Source of the DNA: Oceanispirochaeta sp.
Lineage (GTDB): Bacteria > Spirochaetota > Spirochaetia > DSM-2461
NCBI GenBank assembly: GCA_963663385.2
Contig: CAXXXD010000003.1
Coordinates: 160,001-224,000, forward strand
Direction: 5' to 3'
Length of the DNA stretch: 64,000 nt
Shown here: in pieces, positions 21,401 through 29,577 of the stretch
Layout: every line of letters begins with the position of its first letter
Position numbering within the stretch: the stretch's first letter is position 1
Position numbers and translations under genes: made by a program
Notes under the pieces: model-generated
Told to the model about the DNA's origin: nothing
The model's input: only the letters and a program-made list of their open reading frames with translations
Databases searched by the model: none

Positions 21401-21601
21401 CCGGAGATGAATGGACGGGACTGTTTCTTCGCGTTAAAGGAGAAAGATCCCGGTGTGAAGATCCTTGTCTCATCCGGTTTTTCCCGGGAGGACGAGATTG
21501 AATCCATGCGGGCGGCCGGACTGTCCGGGATTGTGAGTAAACCCTACGGCAGTGCTGTTTTAAGCAAAGCCGTAAGTGATGCTTTAAAGCGCAGGGATTA
21601 G
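18452..21601 (+). CDS. Hybrid sensor histidine kinase (Cache-PAS-GAF-PAS-HisKA-HATPase-REC)
   Basis: Cache region between two TMs (MHPYRP...WGWIIGTG), H-box 'GGVAHDFNN', 'NILINA', 'GTGLGL', receiver 'LLVDDE...LDMIMP'. Confidence 0.93.
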   Translation: MIRLIRRYRSSLGIALTALFIIGAFSWILLAFFLPRIEESLYSQRYEMVKRMTELIMSDLNSRQEDVVNGRTTLEEAQRRSIDRYRKIRYGEEEKDYYWILDKSPVFIMHPYRPDLEGEIFEEIFDLDLRGILTEMVAIADSPAGEGFLEYDWQFKDDRSQIKPKISYVKSFEPWGWIIGTGAYVDDINEDIASLRKEILFTIFFILLSTILGVSVMTFLAISSRNKRVQSEKEIRTSEQRFKTLFDLLPFSCVINRKSGEILEANQYHCRVTGLSQEEIRGKTTSDLHRYMDPEKQDALVRELETTGHVSAKEIYLDTDRGPGWLLISSCLIEWKNDEAVLTATIDITDQKRAHLELIKTSDRMNAQREALSALAESEALASGIAARAIPELAEQASKALGVERVGTWLFSEESHEIFNVDLYLASSKEHLSGETLCLDNYPGYWESIRYKTRIDAHDAFTDERLAELREEWIIPKGITSLMDAGIMQEGKFLGLFSCEHTGPKRQWQADEQAFVSSLATLAGQIFVTDERRRAEISLRASEESLRATLKSIGDGVIVTDTESRITLMNHVAETITGWYLDEARSRPLSDVFNVIYRDSRNEVPDIVEKVIETGSIVKLPDNSVLISRNRTEYLVADSGAPIFSESGDVTGVVLVFRNITREKELQEQLSHIQRMESIGQLAGGVAHDFNNMLGGITGAAELLQHLYKNDGTDSLVYVKMILESAERAASLTRKLLSFARKTPLSSSATNVLRSLLDALSFLESTADKRINVFKNLPEQEVLVQGDPSELQNAFMNILINATHAMPDGGDIHIDAHLLTLDEEFCESTAMDITPGPYIEIEIRDTGCGIPQKDLKRIFEPFYTTKERGKGTGLGLSSVFAMVQQYKGAVTVYSEVDAGTGFHIFLPLAEEGIQAESAPPDQIIKGSGTVLLVDDEPIVRMTTGTVLKGLGYHVLLAENGRQALDVFSMNVKSIDLVILDMIMPEMNGRDCFFALKEKDPGVKILVSSGFSREDEIESMRAAGLSGIVSKPYGSAVLSKAVSDALKRRD

Positions 21602-21627
21602 TCCGGCAGGGTGCATATGGAAGGTAA

Positions 21628-22560
21628 TCAGCTCTTGCCGAAGCGTTTACTCATCTCTTCGGATATAACGCAGAACTGATCTATTTCCAGAAGCTGGGAG
21701 GCTGTCATCTGCCTCAGCCGGGCATCCTGACGGCGGCTGACCAGATTTGTCATGACCCCCTGTTTCATCAGGGAGTAGCGGGCATTGGCCGGGTAGAACT
21801 GATTCTCGATAGTTGAGGCAAATCCCAGGTAGTTCTGGAGATTTTCTGCTTCATTTCCCATCTCCTGCCAGTCATGACAGAGCCTGTAATAGAGGTCGCT
21901 GTGGAAGTTTGTCATGATGCCGCTATACCCGGCAAACCCCTCTTTCAGGCTCATGAGCAGGGTTGCCGCGTTGGCATTGAAAAACTTTACTCTGGTACCT
22001 CTGGACAGACGGGCCCTCTCTTTTATCATTTCTGGATCGCAGCAGGTATCCTTGATAAACTCAAAGCGGTCCATGGCAATCAGTTCCTTTACGACCTCCA
22101 GGGACAGAACCCTTTTATAGGGGTAGGGGCACTCATAAAAACCCAGGGGAATATCCGAGGGAAGTTTCTTTAGCAGTTTGTTAAGATTGTCCAGCCAAAT
22201 AGTATCGTTCTCCCAGGGTGCCGCCAGACGGTTGCTGACCAGTACAAGGGCATCTGCTCCGGCATCTGCCATGGCTTTCATATCATCTGCCTGACCTTCC
22301 AGGGTATCCGATACATGACCCGAAGCCATAACAGGGTACCGACCATTTGTTATCTCAACGGTTTTTCTGCAGAGCTCAACCCTTTCCTCCCTGCTCAGTT
22401 CAAACATGGCGCTGGACTGGCAAACGGCAAACAGGCCGTCTATTCCTCTTGCTATATACCATTCGATTAACCGTTCGAGGGCTTTGTAGTCAATAGATAG
22501 ATCTTTATGGAAGGGGGTAAGCATAGTGGGGTATACCCCGTTCTTAATTTCTTTTTTCAT
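21628..22560 (-). CDS. Dihydrodipicolinate synthase / N-acetylneuraminate lyase family protein (probable sugar-acid aldolase or dehydratase)
   Basis: 'GVYPTMLTPF', 'YECPYPY' and Schiff-base Lys in 'IKDTC'; last gene of the TRAP operon. Confidence 0.85.
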   Translation of the reverse strand: MKKEIKNGVYPTMLTPFHKDLSIDYKALERLIEWYIARGIDGLFAVCQSSAMFELSREERVELCRKTVEITNGRYPVMASGHVSDTLEGQADDMKAMADAGADALVLVSNRLAAPWENDTIWLDNLNKLLKKLPSDIPLGFYECPYPYKRVLSLEVVKELIAMDRFEFIKDTCCDPEMIKERARLSRGTRVKFFNANAATLLMSLKEGFAGYSGIMTNFHSDLYYRLCHDWQEMGNEAENLQNYLGFASTIENQFYPANARYSLMKQGVMTNLVSRRQDARLRQMTASQLLEIDQFCVISEEMSKRFGKS

Positions 22561-22579
22561 AAAAGCATACCTTTCTTTT

Positions 22580-23875
22580 TTACATTCCGACCAGTGTCGG
22601 GAGGAATGTTACAAGTTGGGGGATATAGGTCACCAGAAATAAAACCCCGAACAGAACAAGAAGCATGGGAAGTATTTCCTTAATCACTTCTTTCAGAGGT
22701 GTTTTGGATATTCCCGAGACGACAAATAGCAGCATCCCGAAGGGAGGTGTGGATAATCCTATCATCATATTCAGGGTTATCATTACACCAAAGTGAACCA
22801 GGTTGATTCCAAGAGCATTGACCAGGGGCAGTACAATAGGGATAAAAACCAGGGTAATACACATGGTATCGATAAACATTCCCAGTACAATAAAGACAAT
22901 ATTTATAAGCAGAAGCAGAATGTACTTATTCTCTGTAACAGTTAAAAGCCATCCGGCCACTGCATCCGGAATGTGTTCGATTGCCACAATATAGGAGAAC
23001 GCGTAAGCTGTTCCGACCAGAAGAGACAGGGTTCCGGTTGTTTTGATTGTATTCATGATGACCTGAAGCAGATCTTTGAATCCCATAGCCTTGTAAATAA
23101 AGAAAGAGACCAGAATGGCATAGAGAGCCGCCAGGGCACCTGCTTCTGTAGGTGTTACGATACCGGAATATATGCCTCCCAGGAGTACCACGATGGAAAG
23201 AAGAGCGGGGAACGCTTTTAATGTAATGGCAAGTGTAGCCTTCAAAGCCAGCTTTTCCCCTCTGGGATAATCCCGGACACGGGCTACGACAGCAATATAA
23301 CCCATCAGGGCCAACCCGATCAGTATACCGGGAATCATCCCTCCTATAAACAGGGCTCCGATGGAGGCTCCCGACAGCATGGAGTAGAAAATCATGGGTA
23401 TGCTGGGAGGAAAAATGGGGCCGATTGTCGCCGAAGCCGCTGTGATGGCGCTGCTGAATCCCCTTTCATAACCATGGTCGTTCATGGCTTTGATTTCCAT
23501 CATCCCCAATCCGGACGCATCCGCCAGGGCTGATCCGGTCATCCCCGAGAAAATAATGGAGGCAACAACGTTGACATGCCCGAGGGCTCCCCGTTTCCTG
23601 CCTACAATAGCATTGGCAAAGCGGAATATCATATCCGTAACTTTTCCGCTGTTCATGACCTCGGCCATGAAGACGAAAAGAGGTACGGCAATAAGGACAA
23701 ATTTAGAGTTCATATTCGTCAGGAACTGTGTGGCTGCCATGCTTATGTCGGTTGCAGGACCTGAAGCAAGGGCAAAGTAGAAAAGGGAGGCCATAAGCAT
23801 ACCCGGAGCAATGGGAATCCTGATCAGGAATATAAGAATAAAACAGAGAATAAAAACCAGTAGTGCAATGTTCAC
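22580..23875 (-). CDS. dctM: TRAP transporter large permease
   Basis: 'LIAVPLFVF', 'GMTGSALAD', 'PIFPPSIP', 'TPTEAG', 'STPPFG'. Confidence 0.93.
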   Translation of the reverse strand: MNIALLVFILCFILIFLIRIPIAPGMLMASLFYFALASGPATDISMAATQFLTNMNSKFVLIAVPLFVFMAEVMNSGKVTDMIFRFANAIVGRKRGALGHVNVVASIIFSGMTGSALADASGLGMMEIKAMNDHGYERGFSSAITAASATIGPIFPPSIPMIFYSMLSGASIGALFIGGMIPGILIGLALMGYIAVVARVRDYPRGEKLALKATLAITLKAFPALLSIVVLLGGIYSGIVTPTEAGALAALYAILVSFFIYKAMGFKDLLQVIMNTIKTTGTLSLLVGTAYAFSYIVAIEHIPDAVAGWLLTVTENKYILLLLINIVFIVLGMFIDTMCITLVFIPIVLPLVNALGINLVHFGVMITLNMMIGLSTPPFGMLLFVVSGISKTPLKEVIKEILPMLLVLFGVLFLVTYIPQLVTFLPTLVGM

Positions 23876-24366
23876 GATATCTCTCCCTTGACGAGCTTAC
23901 GTATATCCCGATAAATATCCAGGGTATAACGGCCTATCATAAAAGACAGGAATATAACGAAGGGAAAAAATACCAGATCCATGGGGATTTTCAATACATT
24001 GGATTTTTTATATCCCATAAACATGACATATTTCCAGGACGGTACCAGGCCTATAAGGAAGGATATGACCAGGAGGGAGTGTCCGCTGATACGCATCCAG
24101 GCTTGTTTTACCGGACTGACGATATCATAAATCATTGTAAAAACAACATGAGACTCTTCCCGCTTGGCAAAGAGGCCGCCCAGAAGGGATGTCCATATAA
24201 AACAGATCAGGGACAGCTCAAGAGTCCAGGTGAGGGGTTTCAGAAAGTAGCGGAAAAAAATACCAATAAGAAAAACTGAAAAAAGTGTAACAAAGGCGGC
24301 AAAGGGTATGTAGATCTCAACTGTATCTATCAGGGCTTTACCAATTCTTTTTAACCATGTTTTCAT
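23872..24366 (-). CDS. dctQ: TRAP transporter small permease
   Basis: Four TM helices, 'FRY...WTLEL', 'HVVF'; start taken at MKTWLKR; overlaps the dctM start. Confidence 0.88.
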   Translation of the reverse strand: MKTWLKRIGKALIDTVEIYIPFAAFVTLFSVFLIGIFFRYFLKPLTWTLELSLICFIWTSLLGGLFAKREESHVVFTMIYDIVSPVKQAWMRISGHSLLVISFLIGLVPSWKYVMFMGYKKSNVLKIPMDLVFFPFVIFLSFMIGRYTLDIYRDIRKLVKGEIS

Positions 24367-24438
24367 TAAAATACCTTTTAATAGTATAAATACCGGTGCC
24401 CATACGACTGATCGGCACCGGTACTCCTTCAATTTAAA

Positions 24439-25458
24439 TTATTTTACCATTGCCTGTACTTTTTCGTAGAGGTCCCAGTCCCAGTCTTTGGAAATATCCT
24501 TGCTTTCTGTCATGTAGGAGTTTTTGGCATACTCGGCAAATGCTTTTACATCAGGATCATCGATGATAATCATGCCTTCTCCCCTGAAAAAATCCAGGAT
24601 ACCGGCTTCTGTTTCCAGGTTGGTCTTGTCGCAGTAAGTTCTGGCTTTATCAACAGCTTTCAATACCCAGCCCTGCTGTTCTTCCGAAAAAGACTGCCAT
24701 TTTTTTTCATTGATGGTAGGCCAGGTAGAGTCGACAACATGGTTCGTCAGTACGATGTATTTTGTTACTTCGTAGAATTTGGCGTTCTTGTCTGTTCCGA
24801 GAGGGTTGTCCTGGCCTTCTACAGCACCGGTTTTCAATCCCATATACACTTCGCCGAATGCCATTGGTGTGGGGTTTCCGCCGAGGGCTTTACCAAGAGC
24901 AATCCAGGAAGGACTTCCGGGAGTTCTCAGTTTTACACCGGCCATATCGGCAGGAGTCCTTACAGGACCTACTTTTTCAACCAGATTCAGCTGTCTTGTT
25001 CCCAGGTAATAAGCGCCCAGGGGGCGAATTCCCTGAGAGTCGACAACGTCCTGGAATACCTTTTCTCCGATTTCGCCATTGAAAACTTCAGTCATATGAT
25101 CGTAGCCCTGGAAAGTGTAAACAGCACCAAACATTGACAAATAGGGAACGAATTCAGCCAGCCATGGTGCGCTTGTATAAACCATATCAACAGTTCCCTG
25201 TCTGACGGCCGACTGTTCACCTTCCTGGGAATAGAGCTGACCGGAATGATAAACATTTACAATCATGGAACCCCCGGAAAGTTTTTCCAGCTCTTCCTTG
25301 AAAACGTTCATTGCTTCTGTATGAGCATCTCCGGGGACACTTACGGATGAGAAATTTATCTCAATAACTTTTTCTTCGCTGCTTTCCTGCTGTCCCCCGG
25401 CAATCGCCAGGGATAGGGAAAATACGGAAATTAAAATCATGGGTAGCAGTTTTTTCAT
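24439..25458 (-). CDS. dctP: TRAP transporter substrate-binding protein (SiaP/DctP family)
   Basis: AAGGAG SD then MKKLLPM signal peptide; 'GVKLRTP', 'PTPMAFGEVYMGLKTGAVEGQDNP'. Confidence 0.93.
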   Translation of the reverse strand: MKKLLPMILISVFSLSLAIAGGQQESSEEKVIEINFSSVSVPGDAHTEAMNVFKEELEKLSGGSMIVNVYHSGQLYSQEGEQSAVRQGTVDMVYTSAPWLAEFVPYLSMFGAVYTFQGYDHMTEVFNGEIGEKVFQDVVDSQGIRPLGAYYLGTRQLNLVEKVGPVRTPADMAGVKLRTPGSPSWIALGKALGGNPTPMAFGEVYMGLKTGAVEGQDNPLGTDKNAKFYEVTKYIVLTNHVVDSTWPTINEKKWQSFSEEQQGWVLKAVDKARTYCDKTNLETEAGILDFFRGEGMIIIDDPDVKAFAEYAKNSYMTESKDISKDWDWDLYEKVQAMVK

Positions 25459-25513
25459 CTTGACTCCTTTAGATAATTGTATAGTGTTTCCGAACTGTAA
25501 TCGGCTAAGAGGT

Positions 25514-25586
25514 ATTGTATTATGACTTATGACATAAGTCAACTTTATAATTAAAGTGTTGACACATGTCTTATGAGGGGTACAAT
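25514..25586. promoter_or_regulatory. Divergent sigma70-like promoters with a perfect palindromic operator TGACTTATG-A-CATAAGTCA (25523-25541)
   Basis: Minus strand TTGACT-17-TACAAT (25542-25514) toward dctP; plus strand TTGACA-16-TACAAT (25559-25586) toward the FadR gene. The palindrome overlaps the dctP -35 box and spacer. Confidence 0.7.
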
Positions 25587-25607
25587 GAAATATATAAATA
25601 ATCTATA

Positions 25608-26351
25608 ATGATCAGTGTGGGAACTATGTATAAAGATATTGCGCCTCTGAAAAAAGTTAAAATTTCTGATGAAGTCACTCATGCTCTCGAAAATATTATA
25701 ATTGAAAACAATCTTTCTCCAGGGGATAAGCTTCCATCCCAGTCTGAACTTTCAGAAAAACTGCAGGTCGGGACACGGTCTATTCGTGAAGCGATCCGCT
25801 CGCTGGAGTCCAGGGGGATGGTGGAGACCAGACAAGGGAAGGGTGTTTATGTAAAAGAGATAAATATGGATTACTTTATTGAAACCCTCATGGGATCCTT
25901 TGTTTTCCATTTCAAGAATCAGAAAGACCTTTTAATTGATCTGACCAATACCAGACGGATTATAGAATCCCAGGCAATCTATGATGTGGCGGCAAATCCT
26001 CCCCGTGGATTTGTAGCCGGTTTTGCCGGACTCGTAGAAGATCTGGACAGTAAAGCTGCAGAAAAAAAGATCGATGAGTACAATGTTCTGGATTTTGAAC
26101 TGCATAAAATGATTATCAATGCTACAGAAAATAAAATATTAATCTCTTTATACAAGCATTTGACAACTCTTATGATACGCAGTTTTTCCAAAACAGGCTA
26201 TGTAAGAGGGAGTCTGGAGACCAGTATTTCGGATCATCACAAGATGCTGGAAGCTATTGTAGCAAAAGATGCGGACAGGGCGAAAAGGACAATGGAGCAT
26301 CATATCCGTTTAACTCTGGAAAAAGTTTCGAATCTTAATCAGGAAGAGTAA
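25608..26351 (+). CDS. GntR/FadR family transcriptional regulator
   Basis: 'GDKLPSQSELSEKLQVGTRSIREAIRSLE..GKGVYV' and FCD domain; alternative start at 25626. Confidence 0.92.
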   Translation: MISVGTMYKDIAPLKKVKISDEVTHALENIIIENNLSPGDKLPSQSELSEKLQVGTRSIREAIRSLESRGMVETRQGKGVYVKEINMDYFIETLMGSFVFHFKNQKDLLIDLTNTRRIIESQAIYDVAANPPRGFVAGFAGLVEDLDSKAAEKKIDEYNVLDFELHKMIINATENKILISLYKHLTTLMIRSFSKTGYVRGSLETSISDHHKMLEAIVAKDADRAKRTMEHHIRLTLEKVSNLNQEE

Positions 26352-26371
26352 GCATGGCAACTGCCTGATCG

Positions 26372-27124
26372 TCAAGCCAGTTTGGAGATTCTAATCATCA
26401 TGGTGTCATAATGGCTCCCTTTCCAGTAGATTTTTCCGCAGGTGCTGCAATAGGAAAAGTCATTACACCACTTCAAAACCTTTAGAGGGATTCTTTCTTT
26501 CAATCTGCTGAAAGCCGGATTTTCTGACTCCAGCCTATCAAGTTTCCCGTTGCATTCAAGGCAGCGGGTCAGCGGACAAATCTGATTTTTCAGATCCAGT
26601 TTCGTCATGACTTCCACAAGCTGTTCCGCCGGATCATCACTGCGGACGGCCAGGCCCCGGGTAACGATTTTTCTTTTGAGGAGCCCCCTGTCCCTTGTCA
26701 GCAGAATCCTCTGTTCCGAGGCGGCTATGGCGGCAAGTTCCGGATCATCCCTGCTATTGGAGTAATCACAGTCAAATCCCAGCATCCTGAGATCCCGTGC
26801 CAGTCTGCCCAGGTGAACATCCAGAACAAAGCGGGTCTGTCTCAGAGGCTTATCCCTTAAAGGGCTCAGACCGTGGATATCCAGTCTTTCAAAGACGGGA
26901 TAAACGCTTATTCTGTCTCTGTCTTCAACAATATAGGTGAAATCCACGGATTCCCCGTTTACCAGTATAAGGTCCACTTCCACATGGGGAACCCCGAAGC
27001 TCTCTATCAGGTCTTTGACAGACCGTCTGTCACGGAATGAGAAGGGGATATCCTCCTTGGGCGGGTAATTCTTTATAAAATCGTTCAGTTCCTCATAAAA
27101 CCGGATGGTAATGTTAAAGGCCAT
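26372..27124 (-). CDS. Mut7-C RNase (PIN) domain protein with N-terminal ubiquitin-like domain and Zn ribbon
   Basis: 'RFYEELNDF', 'SVKDLIESFGVPHVEVDLILVNG', 'FVLDVHLGRLARDLRMLGFD', 'RILLTRD', CxxC...CxxC, 'YWKGSH'. Confidence 0.9.
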   Translation of the reverse strand: MAFNITIRFYEELNDFIKNYPPKEDIPFSFRDRRSVKDLIESFGVPHVEVDLILVNGESVDFTYIVEDRDRISVYPVFERLDIHGLSPLRDKPLRQTRFVLDVHLGRLARDLRMLGFDCDYSNSRDDPELAAIAASEQRILLTRDRGLLKRKIVTRGLAVRSDDPAEQLVEVMTKLDLKNQICPLTRCLECNGKLDRLESENPAFSRLKERIPLKVLKWCNDFSYCSTCGKIYWKGSHYDTMMIRISKLA

Positions 27125-27239
27125 GATACTTTATTATAGCACCTTGTGATTCCCTGAGGCATTAGCTTAGCGGGAGGCTTCACAGGATTTACAGCAAGAA
27201 CGGAATGGACTTTTTTCCGGGAACTGATAATATGGGATT

Positions 27240-28001
27240 ATGAATAGGCATTATCAGGATAGACCTGTCAGAAAACCGCTGATACATATGGAAAAGGTTG
27301 GCAAAAAATTTAAAGGGTCCGACCGCTGGGCTGTTCAGGACCTCTCATTTCAGGCTGAAGCCGGTGAGATAATAGGCCTTATAGGGGAGAACGGCGCCGG
27401 AAAGTCCACACTGCTACGCATGCTGGCTACCATGCTGAAACCAAGTGCCGGACGCATCAGTATGGCCGGTTATGATACACAGACCCATCCCGGACAGGTA
27501 CGGCGGATTATGGGGATACTGTTCGGGCAGCACAGCGGGCTGTATGAACGGCTCAGCGCAAGGGAGAACATCCTCTACTTTGCCCGGCTTAACGGACTCT
27601 CCCGACAGGAAGGGGAGAGTAGGATGGCAGAACTCAGCTCCCTGCTGGAAATGGATGATTTTCTAGATCGCCGGGCCGGTACTTTTTCTACGGGGATGCG
27701 GCAGAAAACTCTGATAGCCCGTTCCATCATTCATAATCCCGAAGTGCTGCTGCTGGACGAACCTTCTACCGGGCTGGATGTCAGCAGTGCCCGGAGTATC
27801 CACAATTTTATTAAATGGTGCAGGGATGATAACAGGACAGTTGTCTTTTCAAGTCATGATCTGAATGTTGTCCAGCAGATATCCGACCGGGTTCTGCTGC
27901 TGCATAAAGGACGGCTTCAGGTTTGCGGAACTCCTCTGGAAATTGCCGGTACAGGTTCTCTGGAAGAGTATTTCTTTCAGAAGCAGGAGGCCGCCCTGTG
28001 A
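27240..28001 (+). CDS. ABC exporter ATP-binding protein (NatA-like)
   Basis: GENGAGKST, 'FSTGMRQK', LLLDEP, SSH. Confidence 0.9.
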   Translation: MNRHYQDRPVRKPLIHMEKVGKKFKGSDRWAVQDLSFQAEAGEIIGLIGENGAGKSTLLRMLATMLKPSAGRISMAGYDTQTHPGQVRRIMGILFGQHSGLYERLSARENILYFARLNGLSRQEGESRMAELSSLLEMDDFLDRRAGTFSTGMRQKTLIARSIIHNPEVLLLDEPSTGLDVSSARSIHNFIKWCRDDNRTVVFSSHDLNVVQQISDRVLLLHKGRLQVCGTPLEIAGTGSLEEYFFQKQEAAL

Positions 28002-29170
28002 AAACGGATTCTCCGGGTTTAACAGCTGCTGTGGCAGCAAAGGAGCTGAAGGATTTCTTCCGGGATCCCCGCTCCCTGGTTCTTTCTTTTGTTCTCCCCC
28101 TTGTGCTGTTTCCCCTGCTGTTCTGGGTTCTGGCAGAAGACACGGAATCTGACGATTCCGGTAACCAGATATACCGTATCGGAGTCGATCCGGATATCTC
28201 TTCCGATTCCTTTGTTTACGGGAGTGACAGGATCAGCCTCTCCCTTATTGACCAGGAATACCCTTTTGAATGGCGAAACCAGTATGATGCCCTGCTGATA
28301 GATGATCCGCAGGCGGATATGCCTCTGATTGTTTATGATAATTCCAATCCCCGTTCGATTGCGGCCTACTCCTGCCTGGAATCCCTCAACGGTCCGAAAA
28401 TCGCCTCTCCCGTAAATCTTCCGGCTCCGGTTGAAAGGGAAATAAACCGGGGCCGACCTTTATTTGAGCCTGAAGAAGCAGCGGGCAGGGTGTTCCTGGG
28501 GACCATACTGCCCTTCATTTTCTTTGTCTTTGCCATAACATGCCCTCTGCCGGGAGCTGCCGATCTGAGTTCCGGAGAAAAAGAGCGGGGCAGCCTGGAA
28601 CCCCTTCTGTCGACGGCGGCTCCCAGGCATACAATTATCATGGGAAAACTCCTGGCGGCTTCTATTACCGGCATAGGCAGCGTGTCCGCCTATCTGCTGG
28701 GAATCTACCTGTCCTGCCGGATTACTCCCGAAATTCTGGGAGAGGCAGCCATGGTTTTTTCCCTGTCCGGTCCGCAGCTGATAATTCTTGTTATGCTGCT
28801 GATCTTCCTTAGCTGTCTGTTTGCGGCCATTGAAATCTTTGCCGGATTTATTACCAGATCTGTCCGGGAAGCGCAGCTGCTGGCCATGCCTCTTCTTACG
28901 GTTGGCATGGGGGCTGTCTATATCTCCCAGAATCTTGATCTTGCCGGAAGGGCCTGGTTTTATATCCATATTCCGCTGGTCAATATCGCCCTGGCTGTTC
29001 GGGAAACGGCTCTGGATCGTATCCTCCTTTCTGATATAGTGACTGTTTTTATCTGGATCATCTGTTATCTGGCTTTTATTACCTTTCTGGCAATTCGCAT
29101 GTTTCAGAAGGAGTCCGGGATTCTCAAAAACAGCAGACCCGTGAGCTTCCTTGATAGTTTTAAAAACTGA
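27998..29170 (+). CDS. ABC-2 type permease (NatB-like)
   Basis: GTG start overlaps the upstream stop (GTGA) after GGAGG; 'KELKDFFRDPR', 'GEKERGSLEPLL', 'GKLLA'. Confidence 0.88.
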   Translation: MKTDSPGLTAAVAAKELKDFFRDPRSLVLSFVLPLVLFPLLFWVLAEDTESDDSGNQIYRIGVDPDISSDSFVYGSDRISLSLIDQEYPFEWRNQYDALLIDDPQADMPLIVYDNSNPRSIAAYSCLESLNGPKIASPVNLPAPVEREINRGRPLFEPEEAAGRVFLGTILPFIFFVFAITCPLPGAADLSSGEKERGSLEPLLSTAAPRHTIIMGKLLAASITGIGSVSAYLLGIYLSCRITPEILGEAAMVFSLSGPQLIILVMLLIFLSCLFAAIEIFAGFITRSVREAQLLAMPLLTVGMGAVYISQNLDLAGRAWFYIHIPLVNIALAVRETALDRILLSDIVTVFIWIICYLAFITFLAIRMFQKESGILKNSRPVSFLDSFKN

Positions 29171-29208
29171 GGGTATATTAAGGTAAATAAAAAACAGGAG
29201 TTATTTGT

Positions 29209-29271
29209 ATGAGCCTTATTTCATTACTTGTAGTAGTTGTTCTTGTTATTGTTATTGTGAAATTGATTTAA
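29209..29271 (+). CDS. Putative 20-aa single-helix membrane micropeptide MSLISLLVVVVLVIVIVKLI
   Basis: CAGGAG SD 8 nt before ATG; almost entirely hydrophobic; intergenic and below the ORF-track cutoff. Confidence 0.5.
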   Translation: MSLISLLVVVVLVIVIVKLI

Positions 29272-29367
29272 ACCACTCTATTTTCTGTTTATATGTTCAT
29301 AAGCCTGACGGATTTCGGGGGTAAAAAGAGTATGGACAGAAAATAGGAGCATCCCTCCCTTAATACC

Positions 29368-29547
29368 GTGTATCCTGTGAGTCAGGTTTTAAATGTAAAG
29401 GAGTTTTATCCCTATTTTTTTCAATTCCTGTTCAATCAGATGGATGACCGGGAAATTGAGGAGCTGATAGATTCTTTTTTTGTGCCGGATACTGACCCGC
29501 GGGAACTGTTACGCGGGTATTTTTATCAGTGGCTTAATGAGGTATGA
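29368..29547 (+). CDS. Small hypothetical protein (59 aa from GTG), possibly the 3' part of a TAG-interrupted ORF starting at 29293 or 29332
   Basis: Open frame VYPVSQ...YQWLNEV fills the intergenic gap; an in-frame TAG at 29344-29346 separates it from upstream ATGs. Confidence 0.35.
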   Translation: MYPVSQVLNVKEFYPYFFQFLFNQMDDREIEELIDSFFVPDTDPRELLRGYFYQWLNEV

Positions 29548-29577
29548 CAGGAGCAGCAAAATAGACATCATGTCCTT

